A program made the position numbers and the translations under genes. Below are positions 1 to 10,100 of a stretch of DNA of 64,000 nt, piece by piece. The notes beneath the pieces are model-generated. The model saw only the letters and a program-made list of their open reading frames with translations. It did not search any database and was not told the DNA's origin. The DNA is from an uncultured Pseudomonadota bacterium (GTDB lineage Bacteria; Pseudomonadota; Gammaproteobacteria; Burkholderiales; SG8-39), in contig CAILKO010000008.1 in the NCBI GenBank assembly GCA_903834835.1, positions 82,684 through 146,683 of the forward strand, written 5' to 3'. How positions within the stretch are numbered: the stretch's first letter is position 1; each line of letters starts with the position of its first letter.

Positions 1-389
1 TATTCGTTGGTGAGGCCGTTGATCACCGGCACGCGCGAGGTGCGCGCGAAGCGCTCCACGATCGACTGCTCGAAGGTGCGGATCATCACCAGGTCGCACA
101 TGCGCGAGATCACCTGTCCTGCGTCCTCCACGGGCTCGCCGCGGCCGAGCTGGGAATCGCGCGTATTGAGATAGATCGCCGCCCCCCCGAGCTGGTGCAT
201 GCCGGCTTCGAACGAAAGCCGCGTGCGTGTCGAGGCCTTCTCGAAGATCATGACGAGCGTGCGGTCCGCGAGCGGCCAGTAGCGCTCGTAGCGCTTGAAT
301 CGCTCCTTGATCCAGCGGGTGCGCGCGAACAGATGCTCGTACTCCGCAAGGGTGAAATCCTTGAACTGCAGGTAATGCCGGGCTGCCAT
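1..389 (-). CDS. argF: Ornithine carbamoyltransferase, N-terminal part (3' end lies outside the window)
   Basis: Reverse translation from ATG at 389 gives MAARHYLQFKDFTLAEYEHLF...MIFEKASTRTRLSFEAGMHQLGG...VPVINGLTNE. It has the S-T-R-T-R carbamoyl-phosphate motif and OTCase-like flanks. It is truncated by the window edge, so it is absent from the ORF track. It lies directly downstream of argD. Confidence 0.85.
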   Translation of the reverse strand, partial: MAARHYLQFKDFTLAEYEHLFARTRWIKERFKRYERYWPLADRTLVMIFEKASTRTRLSFEAGMHQLGGAAIYLNTRDSQLGRGEPVEDAGQVISRMCDLVMIRTFEQSIVERFARTSRVPVINGLTNE

Positions 390-418
390 GACAGGTGCCG
401 CTCCGATAGGCGCCGCGC

Positions 419-1624
419 TCAGTGCGCGGCGGCCTTCGGCACGGGCTTCCCCTCCTGCAGGAAGCTGCGCACGAGCGGCGCGAGCCGGGCGACGACCTCG
501 CGGCCCTCGGCCTCGCTCATGATCAGGGCGGGCAGGAGGCGGATCACCGTATCGTGCGTGACGTTGAGCACCAGCCCCGCCGCCAGCGCGCGCGTGACGA
601 GCTCGCCACAGGGGCGATCGAGCTCGATGCCGAGCATGAGTCCCATCCCGCGGATCTCGCGCACCCCGGGCAGATCGCCGAGTTCGCGCACGAGCGCGTC
701 GCGGATCACCCGGCCGACGCGCTCCGCATTGCCGAGGAGATCGGTCTGCCGGATGGTTTCCAGCGTAGTGATCAGGGCAGCCATGGCGAGCGGGTTGCCG
801 CCGAAGGTGGAGCCATGGTTGCCCGGCTTGAATACGCCCGCGGCGCGGCCGCCCGCCACGCAGGCGCCGACCGGCACGCCACCGGCGAGACCCTTGGCAA
901 GGGGCACCACGTCGGGCTTGATGCCGGCGTGCTGATAGACGAACCATTTGCCGGTCCGGCCGAGGCCGCACTGCACCTCGTCGGCAATGAACAGCCATTC
1001 CTTGCGCTCGCAGATCTCCCGCAGCCCGCGCAGGTACTCCAGCCGCGCGATGTTGATCCCGCCTTCGCCCTGGATCGGCTCCATCATCACCGCAACGACA
1101 TTGGAATCGCGGTCGGCGATGCCGCGCACCGTGTCGAGATCGTTCATGCTGACGCGCACGAAGCCGGGCACCAGCGGCTCGAAGCCTGCCTGGACCTTGC
1201 GGCTGCCGGTCGCCGAGAGGGTCGCGATGGTGCGCCCGTGGAAGGCGTCTTCCAGCACGATGATATGCGGCTCGGTCACGCCGCGCTGATGGCCGTACAG
1301 GCGCGCGAGCTTGATCGCGGCCTCATTGGCCTCGCAGCCGGAATTGCAGAAAAAGACCTCGTCCAGGCCGGTGATCTCGGCGAGCAGGTCGGAGGCGCGC
1401 TCCTGCAGGGGAATGCGGAACAGGTTCGAGGTATGGATCAGGCGGGCGGCCTGCTCCGAGATGGTTTTCACCAGCGCAGGGTGGGCATGGCCGAGCGTAT
1501 TGACCGCGATGCCGGCCAGGGCGTCGAGGTACTTGTTGCCGGCCTCGTCCCACAGCCAGACCCCCTCGCCGCGCTCGAAGGCGACCGGCAGGCGGGCATA
1601 GGTATTCATCAGATGGCTCATCAT
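419..1624 (-). CDS. argD: Acetylornithine aminotransferase (class III PLP aminotransferase)
   Basis: Part of ORF 419..1762(-). The conserved sequence begins at MMSHLMNTYARLPVAFERGEGVWLWDEAGNKYLD. FFCNSGCEANEAAIKLAR and DEVQCGLGRTGKWF are typical ArgD/class III signatures. I trimmed the start to the ATG at 1624. Confidence 0.85.
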   Translation of the reverse strand: MMSHLMNTYARLPVAFERGEGVWLWDEAGNKYLDALAGIAVNTLGHAHPALVKTISEQAARLIHTSNLFRIPLQERASDLLAEITGLDEVFFCNSGCEANEAAIKLARLYGHQRGVTEPHIIVLEDAFHGRTIATLSATGSRKVQAGFEPLVPGFVRVSMNDLDTVRGIADRDSNVVAVMMEPIQGEGGINIARLEYLRGLREICERKEWLFIADEVQCGLGRTGKWFVYQHAGIKPDVVPLAKGLAGGVPVGACVAGGRAAGVFKPGNHGSTFGGNPLAMAALITTLETIRQTDLLGNAERVGRVIRDALVRELGDLPGVREIRGMGLMLGIELDRPCGELVTRALAAGLVLNVTHDTVIRLLPALIMSEAEGREVVARLAPLVRSFLQEGKPVPKAAAH

Positions 1625-1671
1625 GTCTCCCCGGGGACGGCGTCGCGGGCACATACCCGGGTCTGCCTGGG

Positions 1672-1716
1672 TCCCCAAAAGCAAAAACGGCGGGTCGACC
1701 CGCCGTTTGAAAAAAA
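1672..1716 (-). terminator. Intrinsic-terminator-like hairpin in the argD 5' leader
   Basis: Perfect 24-nt palindrome AAACGGCGGGTC/GACCCGCCGTTT at 1685-1708. On the minus strand it is followed by TTTTTGCTTTT. It sits about 60 nt upstream of the argD start, on the same strand. Confidence 0.5.
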
Positions 1717-1946
1717 TGGTACCACAGGCCCGGAAATGGGGCGCACAGCAGGAGGGCGGCATTCGTTGCAGTACCGCGCACAGCGCGAAAACGGCCTGTC
1801 GCTTTTACACAACAACGCGGGTAACTTGGACGACGGGAACGGGTCGTTTCAGCGATTCTGTATTTCAAAATCTGACGAATCGATTAAGCTCAGCCGGAAC
1901 CGCTTATTAAAACCAAGCAAAAACAAACAAAAACCAAAGGAAGTTC

Positions 1947-4016
1947 GTGACTCGGCTCAGGCACAGGATTGTTGCCCAGGGTGCGTTTTTTGCGTTTCTA
2001 GGACGCCAAAAGCACTGTCTGGCACTGTTAATTGCCCTCGTCAGCGGCTTCAGCGGGGCAGTCTTCTCACAGGGTGTCGCGCCTGACGCGGGTCGCCTGC
2101 TTGAAACGACGCGCACGCCCGCGGCGCAGGCACCGGTCGCATCGCCCGAATTGAGCATCGGCACGCCGCTCAGCGCCGAGCCGCGTCGCGCCATCCCGCG
2201 CAAGCCGGGGCGCGAAGCGCCGGCGGCCCAGCCCGCGGAAGTCGCAGGCGCCTCGGGGCCATTCACCGAAAAGGACCTGCTCGGTCTCGTGAGCGGCATC
2301 CTGGGCAAGCAGGTCACCACCGAGGAATTGCGCGAACTGCGCGGAATCGCGCTTGCGATCGTTGCCTGCTACCGCAGCCCTGCCTGCGCGACCTTCGCCA
2401 AACAGATGCAGGCCGCGAGCGGCATCGGCGAAGACCTGAAGGGTGGCATTGCCGAGGCGCCCAAAGCGCCGCCCGCGCCGCGCTTCAAGGTCGCCGGGTT
2501 CAAGATCACCGGCATTACCGCATTCGAGGAAGAAAAGGTCGCAGCCGTCGTCAAGGAGTACGCCGGCCAGGAGCTGACGCTCGAGGAAATGAAGGACGCC
2601 GCCGCGCTGGTGGAGGAGTTCTATCGCGGCGAGGGGTATTTCCTCGCGCGGGCCTTCCTGCCGCAGCAGACGAGCAAGGACGGCGTGGTCGAGATCGCGG
2701 TGCTGGAAGGCAAGGTCGGCGACGTCAAGATCCAGGCGAGCGCCGATTCGCGTCTCAATTCGAGCGTGGCGGAAGGTCTGCTCGCGAGCATCCAGAGCGG
2801 CGCCCTGGTCGACGAGAAGTCGCTGGAGCGCGCCCTGCTGCTCCTGAGCGACATCCCCGGAACCCGGGTGCGGTCCACGCTCTCTCCGGGCGCCCAGGTC
2901 GGCGCGGCCGATCTGAGGGTGGAACTCGAGGACACGGGCGAGCGCGTCACCGGGTCGGTCGAAGCGGACAACTACGGCAGCAAACATGCCGGTCGCGACC
3001 GCTATGCGGTGAGCGCGAACCTCATCAACCCGAGCGGTTACGGCGATATCCTCGGCGTGCGGGTGATGCGCACCAGCGGCGAGGAAACCACCGCGATGGG
3101 TCGTCTGTCCTATACGCTGCCGGTCGGTCCCTGGGGCACGCGCCTGGGTGTCAACTATTCCGAGCTGTCCTACGCGGTCGGGGGCATCTTCTCCAACCTC
3201 CAGTCGAACGGCGAGGCCAAGGTCACCTCGCTCTTCGCGCAGCATCCCTTCATCCGCACGCGCAACCGCAACCTGTACGGATTCTTCGGTTTCGACCACA
3301 AGGATCTTCAGGACCGGTTCGACTCGATCCTCGTAGAGAACCCGAGGAAGAGCAACGCGATCATCCTGGGTGTGTCGGGCGACATGCGCGACAACATGAG
3401 CCCCGGTCCGCAGTCGCTTGAGGGGGGCGTGACGTCCTTCTCGGCGACGGTGGCGCGCGGCGAAATCGGCTTCCACAATGCCAATCAGGATGCGGCGGAC
3501 AAGGCGCTCACCGGTCGGCAGATCGGCGGTACCGCCTACAGCAAGTACAACTTCAGCATCTCGCGACTGCAGGGTCTGGCACCGGACTGGACGGCGCTGT
3601 TCAGCCTGAGCGGTCAGATGGCGTCCAAGAACCTCGACTCCTCCGAAAAGATTTCGATCGGCGGTCCGACGGGCGTTCGTGCCTATCCGACGGGAGAACT
3701 GCCGGCTGACCAGGCCTGGATCGCGAATGCGGAACTGCGCTACGCCTGGCGCGTCGAGAACATCCCGGGTGAATTCGGCGTGTTCGGTTTCTATGACTAT
3801 GCGCGTGCCGAACTGAACAAGAACCGCAAGGTCACGGACACCAACAACGCTCGCGAGATCTCGGGCTGGGGTCTGGGCCTCAACTGGGGCAAGCCCAGCG
3901 ATTTCACGGTTCGCCTGATGGCGGCATTCCGGCCGAACTCGAGCGACCTCCCGACAGCGGATCCGACCGGCAACACGCAGCGGCGCGTCTGGTTCCAGGC
4001 CACGAAGTGGTGGTAA
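1947..4016 (+). CDS. TpsB outer-membrane transporter of a two-partner secretion system (ShlB/FhaC/HecB family)
   Basis: 689-aa ORF with a GTG start preceded by AAAGGAAG. It has an N-terminal signal-like hydrophobic segment and a POTRA-type segment (FKITGITAFEE...FYRGEGYFLARAFLPQQTSKDGVVEIAVLEGKVGDVKI). The C-terminal part is rich in beta-barrel-like alternating residues and ends in aromatic residues (..VWFQATKWW). It lies directly upstream of a TPS-domain exoprotein. Confidence 0.85.
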   Translation: MTRLRHRIVAQGAFFAFLGRQKHCLALLIALVSGFSGAVFSQGVAPDAGRLLETTRTPAAQAPVASPELSIGTPLSAEPRRAIPRKPGREAPAAQPAEVAGASGPFTEKDLLGLVSGILGKQVTTEELRELRGIALAIVACYRSPACATFAKQMQAASGIGEDLKGGIAEAPKAPPAPRFKVAGFKITGITAFEEEKVAAVVKEYAGQELTLEEMKDAAALVEEFYRGEGYFLARAFLPQQTSKDGVVEIAVLEGKVGDVKIQASADSRLNSSVAEGLLASIQSGALVDEKSLERALLLLSDIPGTRVRSTLSPGAQVGAADLRVELEDTGERVTGSVEADNYGSKHAGRDRYAVSANLINPSGYGDILGVRVMRTSGEETTAMGRLSYTLPVGPWGTRLGVNYSELSYAVGGIFSNLQSNGEAKVTSLFAQHPFIRTRNRNLYGFFGFDHKDLQDRFDSILVENPRKSNAIILGVSGDMRDNMSPGPQSLEGGVTSFSATVARGEIGFHNANQDAADKALTGRQIGGTAYSKYNFSISRLQGLAPDWTALFSLSGQMASKNLDSSEKISIGGPTGVRAYPTGELPADQAWIANAELRYAWRVENIPGEFGVFGFYDYARAELNKNRKVTDTNNAREISGWGLGLNWGKPSDFTVRLMAAFRPNSSDLPTADPTGNTQRRVWFQATKWW

Positions 4017-4190
4017 GCCGAGGCGGATGAATACCGGTGAATTTGTTCACGGTCCAAGACAGAAAGAACACATCCTGCGCCGCGTTCGGTGCAGGATGCT
4101 TAACTTGCAGATCGCGTGCCGACTTCGGCGCGCGATGCCCAATCGGGCGCAGTCGTAGCAGCTGTGTGTGCAGCGCGAGGCCATAAAAAC

Positions 4191-7100
4191 ATGACAACCA
4201 ACGACGCCGGACTCTTCGGAAAATCGACCCTCGGGACACGCACGGGAGGCACAGGCCGGACCGGCCTCGCCCGCCTGCGCACCCCTCTGTGCAGGGCGAT
4301 CGTCTTCGCTGCAGCCTTCTCCTCGATCGCGCAGCCCGTGCTCGCGCAGGTCGCCGCGGGCACGCTCCCGACCGGCGCCACGGTGAACGCCGGCCAGGCG
4401 ACGATTTCCACCTCCGGCAGCAACATGCTCGTCAACCAGGGCACCGCGCGCGCGAGCCTCGACTGGCAGAGCTTCAGCATCGGTTCCGGTGCCTCCGTCG
4501 TGTTCAACCAGCCTTCGGCCTCCGCGATCGCGTTGAACCGCGTGGTCGGCAATGACGTCTCCCAGATCTTCGGCAGCCTGAGCGCCAATGGCCAGGTGTT
4601 CCTGATCAACCCCTCGGGCGTCGTGTTCGCGCCGGGTGCGCAGGTCAACGTGGGCGGCATCGTTGCGTCCGCGCTCAATATTTCGGATGCGGATTTCCTC
4701 GCCGGCCGCTATGTATTCAATGGCAATGGCGCAGGCAGCGTCGTGAACCAGGGCAGCATCATCACTTCTCCCGGCGGCTATGCGGCGCTCTTCGCGCGCA
4801 CTGCCGCGAACGAAGGTCTCATCGTCGCGCGCGCCGGCTCGGTCGCGATCGCCTCGGGCGAGCGCGTCACGATGGACTTCGTCGGTGACGGACTCATGAA
4901 TGTTGTGGTCGATCGCGCGGCGCTTGGCGCGCTCGCTGCCAACCGCGGCCTCATCCAGGCCGATGGCGGCCGCGTCATCATGACCGCCCGCGCGGCGGGC
5001 GATCTCGTCGGCACCGTGCTGAACCAGACGGGCGTCATCGAGGCGAAATCCGTCTCCACGCGCAATGGCGAGATCGTGCTGGATGGCGGTTCGACGGGTG
5101 TTACGTCCGTGGCGGGCAAGCTGGATGCCTCCGGCGGCGCGGGCCAGACCGGCGGCAGCGTGAGCGTGACCGGTCATATGGTCGGCCTCTACGGCGCCGA
5201 TGTGAACGCATCCGGCGGCGCCGGTGGCGGCAGCATCCTGATCGGTGGCGGCGCGCACGGCGCAAACCCGAATGTGGCGAACGCCTTCCGCACCTATGTG
5301 GACGCGGGCACGACGCTGAATGCCGATGCGGTGACGAGCGGCAACGGCGGCACCGTGGTGGTCTGGGCGGATGATGTCACGCGCTATTACGGTTCCCTCA
5401 GCGCGCGCGGCGGTGCCGAGGCCGGCAACGGCGGTTTTGCGGAAGTGTCGGGCAAGGAATCCCTGGTGTTCCGGGGCACGGCGGACCTGCGCGCGCCCAA
5501 CGGCGCGGTCGGCACGCTGCTGCTTGACCCGCGGAACATCGAGATCAAGACCGGGGGCACCGATGGGGTCGCGGCGAACGACACGTTCGCCGAGAACTCA
5601 TCGACCGATGCCACGATTCTGCCTGCCGATCTCGTTACGGCGCTCAATACTGCAAATGTGAGGCTTCAGGCGAATAACGACATTACGGTCACCAATGACG
5701 TGGATGCAAGCGGGGGTGGGAATTACGGGCTGACCCTGGAAGCTGGCCGCAGCATTGCGATCAACGCTGACGTTATTCTGAACGGCTTTTTCACCGCGAT
5801 CGCTAACACCGACGACATATTGCTTTCAGTCGCCGATCGGACGGTAAGTACGCAGGCGACCTTTTCGATGACCAATGGAAAGTCGATCAACACGAGCACC
5901 GCAGGCGCCGACATTACTATCCAGATGCAGCGCGGGGGCGGAAATGCCGGCTTCGATTCCGGCAATATCGAAATTTCTGCACTCAATGCTGGATCGGGCA
6001 ACGTCCTTATCAAACAGGACGGTCAGAGCCCGGGCAGTTCCATCGTTCGCACGGCCGCTTCGCTGATCACGGCGGCATCGGTCGCCCTGGATATTTCGAA
6101 CGCTGCCAACACCTCCGGCACCATCGGCGCAACAGGCGCCGGAAACGCGATTCGAGTCAGCACCCCAAACCTTGAGGCGCGTACCCAGAACGGGTCCGTT
6201 TTCCTGGAGTCGGTGAGCACGGTGAATATCGGCGGCGCTACGCTGGGGGGACTGACCGGGATCAACGCGGGCACAGGCAATGTCACGCTGGCCTCCAATG
6301 ACGCGGTCGCCCAGACCGAGGCGATCACCGCGAATACGCTGACCGTCAAGACACTTAAGGACGGCGGCGCGGCCATTGCGCTCACCGCTACGGCGAACGA
6401 GGTTGCAACGATCGACCTGCGCGCGCGCAATACCGCCGACAACGCGAATGCGGCAGGCGCGATCAGCTACACGGATTCCAGTGGTTTTGACGTCGCCGCA
6501 GCCCATACGACGAGTACGGTCACACTCGTCGGCGGCGGCGCGATCACGGATTCCGGGTTCCTCACGGGAACCACGCTGACGGCCACGACACTGAATAACG
6601 GTGGTGCGGCGATCACGCTGGACAATGCGTCCAATGAATTCACCACGGTCAGCCTGAACGCGCGGGATGCAGGGAATGCGAACAACGCGGCGGGCGCGAT
6701 CACCTATGTGGATGCGACGGGTTTCACCGCCTCGGCACAGGGTGCGAGCACGGTCAACCTGACCGCCACGACTAGCGACCTCACCGTGGGGGCGGGCAAT
6801 ATCGTCACCAATAGTGGCACCGTCACGCTGACGGCGTCCGAGGCAGCGGCCAAGATCATCGGCACGGGCAGCATCAGTACGGTCGGCGGTGCTACGGCCG
6901 GCGCGGCGGTGACGCTGAAGTCTGACAAGATGGATGTCGGCGCGATCAATTCGGGGACGGGTCTGGTTAGCCTCACGCCGAATGCCGATGCGCGTGCGAT
7001 TGAAGTCGGCACGGGCGCATCGGATGCGAGCGCGCTGGGAATCACGCACACGGAACTCGCAGGCATTACCACAACGGGTGGCGTCACGATTGGATCGGCG

Positions 7101-10100
7101 ACCAACACCGGCGGAATCACGGTCGTCGGCGCAGCCGACCAATCGGCAGGCGCAATCACTGGCGGCACCTTCACGCTGCGCAGCAACAGCGGGAACATTG
7201 CGATCAATGACGTGCTGACCAATGCGGTCGACACGACGCTGCAGACAACAAGCGGCAACATCAGCTTTGGCGGCACGGCAGGGGCCGTCGTTGCAGCAGG
7301 CAAGACGGTCACCCTTACCGCCACGGGCGGCAACATCGAAGGCGCCGGTGGCGCGTCGTTCAACAACGTCACGGCGTCGACCCTGAATGCAACGGCTTCC
7401 AGCGGTATCGGGAACACGAACGCGCTCGAGACCATAGTCTCCACGCTGAGCTTCACGAACACCACCAACAAGGTTCAGGTTACGAACAGTCTCGGAGGTG
7501 GTGTCACGGTTTCGGGCACGAATGCCGGGACTGGTTCCGTGAACATCGCGGAGACTCTGGGCAGCCTGACCGTCGGCGCAGCCGATATCGTCACGAACAG
7601 CGGTGCAGTCACACTGACGGCGTCCGGCGTGGGCCAGGCCATCATCTCTGCGGCGGGATCCGATGTCTCGACCATCGGCGGCGCGAGCGCAGGCGCGGCG
7701 GTGACGCTGAAGTCCGATAACCTGACCCTGGGAGGTCTCGTAACGGCCGGAACGGGCCTCGTGACCCTTCGACCGAATCTCGATGCCGTGAACATACAGG
7801 TTGGCGCGACGGCAACGGACGCTGCGGGGACGCTCGGTGTGGATGACGCCGAACTCGACAAGATCACGACCACGGGTGGTCTGACCATCGGATCAAGCAG
7901 CAACACGGGCACCATTACCGTAGTCGGCGCCGCCGATCAGGCGACTGGCGCGACAATCACGGGCGGAACCTTCACGCTGCGCAGTAACAGCGGGAACATT
8001 GCGGTCAATGACGTGCTGACCAACGCGGTTAATACCACGCTGCAGACCACGAGCGGCAACATCAGCTTTGGTGGCACGGCGGGGGCGGTCGTCGCGACAG
8101 GTAACACAGTCACGCTCACCGCCACGGCCGGCAATATCGAAGGTGATGGCGCGGCGTTCAATAATGTCACGGCATCGACCCTGAACGCCACCGCTTCCAG
8201 CGGGATCGGCAACACGAACGCGCTCGAGACCGTGGTCTCCACGCTTAGCTTTACCAACAGCACCAACAAAGTTCAGGTCAGCAACGCACTCGCCGGAGGT
8301 CTGACGGCATCGGGAACCAACGGGGCGGGCGCCGTGAATATCACGGAAACTGCGGGCAGCCTCGCAGTCGGATCGGCCGACATCGTGACCACTGGCGGCG
8401 CTGTCACGCTCGTCGCGTCCGGCGCAAACAAGCTCATTTCGAGCGCCTCGGGCGCGAATATCCAGACTTCGGGCGGCGCGGTCACGCTCCAGTCCGACAA
8501 CATCGATCTCGCAGGAACCATTGCCTCAGGCGCAGGCTTGGTCACGCTGACACCGAACGCCAACGCAGTCGCCATCCAGGTGGGTACGGGCGCAGTCGAC
8601 GATGTCGGCATACTCGGCATCACGAACACCGAACTCGACCGCATCACGACGACGGGCGGCGTGACCATCGGTTCGGCCACGAACACGGGCGGCATCACGG
8701 TTGTCGGCGCGGCAGATCAGGCGACCGGCGCAACGATCACGGGCGCGGGCGTCTTCACGCTGCTGTCCGACACCGGCAATATCGTCGTCAACAACGCGCT
8801 CAGCAATGCCGTCGATACCACGCTCACGACGAACAGCGGCAATATCAGCTTCGGCACGGCTGGCGCAATTACCGCCGCTACCAAAACCGTGACCCTGACG
8901 GCCACGGCAGGCACCATCGAGGGCCATGCCACGGCGCTCACGAACGTGACCGCAGGCACGCTGAATGCAACGGCACGTGACGGCATCGGCACGAGCAACC
9001 GTCTCGAGACGGCCGTATCAACCCTGAGCTTTGCGAACACGAACAATGATGTGCAGGTCACGAATTCGCTCGCGGGCGGCGTGACGGTATCGGGCACGAA
9101 TGCGGGTGTCGGTGCTGTGAACCTTACTGAAACCCTGGGCAATCTGACCGTTGGCGGGGACATCGTCACGGATAGCGGTGCGGTCACCCTGACTGCGTCC
9201 GGGGCGAACAAGGCCATCATCACCACCGCGGCAACCGACGTAAAGACGGATAGCGTCGGCGCCGGCGCGGCAGTGACCTTCGTCGCGGACAATATGACGC
9301 TGAACACAACGGGGACGATCATCGCGGGCAGCGGGCTCGTGACACTGCGTCCCAACGCAAACAACGTCGCAATACAGGTCGGAGCCGGCGCAACCGATGC
9401 GGCCGGTGTTCTCGCAATAACCGATACCGAACTCGACCAGATCACGACCACCGGCGGTATCACCATCGGATCGTCGACCAATACCGGTGGAATCACGGTT
9501 GTGGGCGCCGCAGATCAAGCGACGGGGGCCACCATCGCTGGAGGCACCTTCACGCTCCTCAGCAATAGCGGAACGATCAATGTAAACGCAACGCTGACCA
9601 ACGCGATCGACACGACCCTGCAGACGACGAGTGGCAATATCGTGTTCGGCGCTGCGGGCAGCGTGGATGCTGGCACCAATGTCGTCAATCTCACGGCGAC
9701 AGGGGGCAGCATTTCGGGCAATGCGGCGACATTCAATAACGTTACGGCAGCGACGCTGAATGCCACCGCCTCAAGCGGCATTGGCAACACAAACGCGCTC
9801 GAGACTGCGGTGACCAACCTGAATTTCGCGAACACGACAAATGCGGTTCAGTTCACGAACAGCGTTGGAGGCGCTGTCACGGTCTCGGGTACGAACGCCG
9901 GCACGGGCGCGGTGAACATCACGGAAACGACGGGCGATCTCGTCGTCGGCGCAGCCGACATCGTCACCAACAGCGGTGCAGTGACGCTGACCAATACGGC
10001 AAATGCATCGTCCATCATCTCCGCCGCAGGCTCCGATATCAGCACCACGGGCGGGGCGACCGCCGGTGCAGCGGTTACGCTGGTCGCGGACAACATGGAC

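Noticed and set aside
422-2086. Long alternative-frame or antisense ORFs over known genes (for example 422-2086+, 2067-3476-, 21576-23759+, 24335-26500-, 27860-29791-, 35414-36412-, 38048-39475+, 39521-41272-, 55618-57048+, 59207-61294+)
   Set aside because: Each overlaps a gene with clear family motifs on the other strand or frame (argD, tpsB, decarboxylase, murJ, ileS, pilY1, coaX/birA, fbiC). Their translations are Arg/Gly/Ala/Pro/His-rich with no motifs. This is typical of high-GC shadow ORFs.
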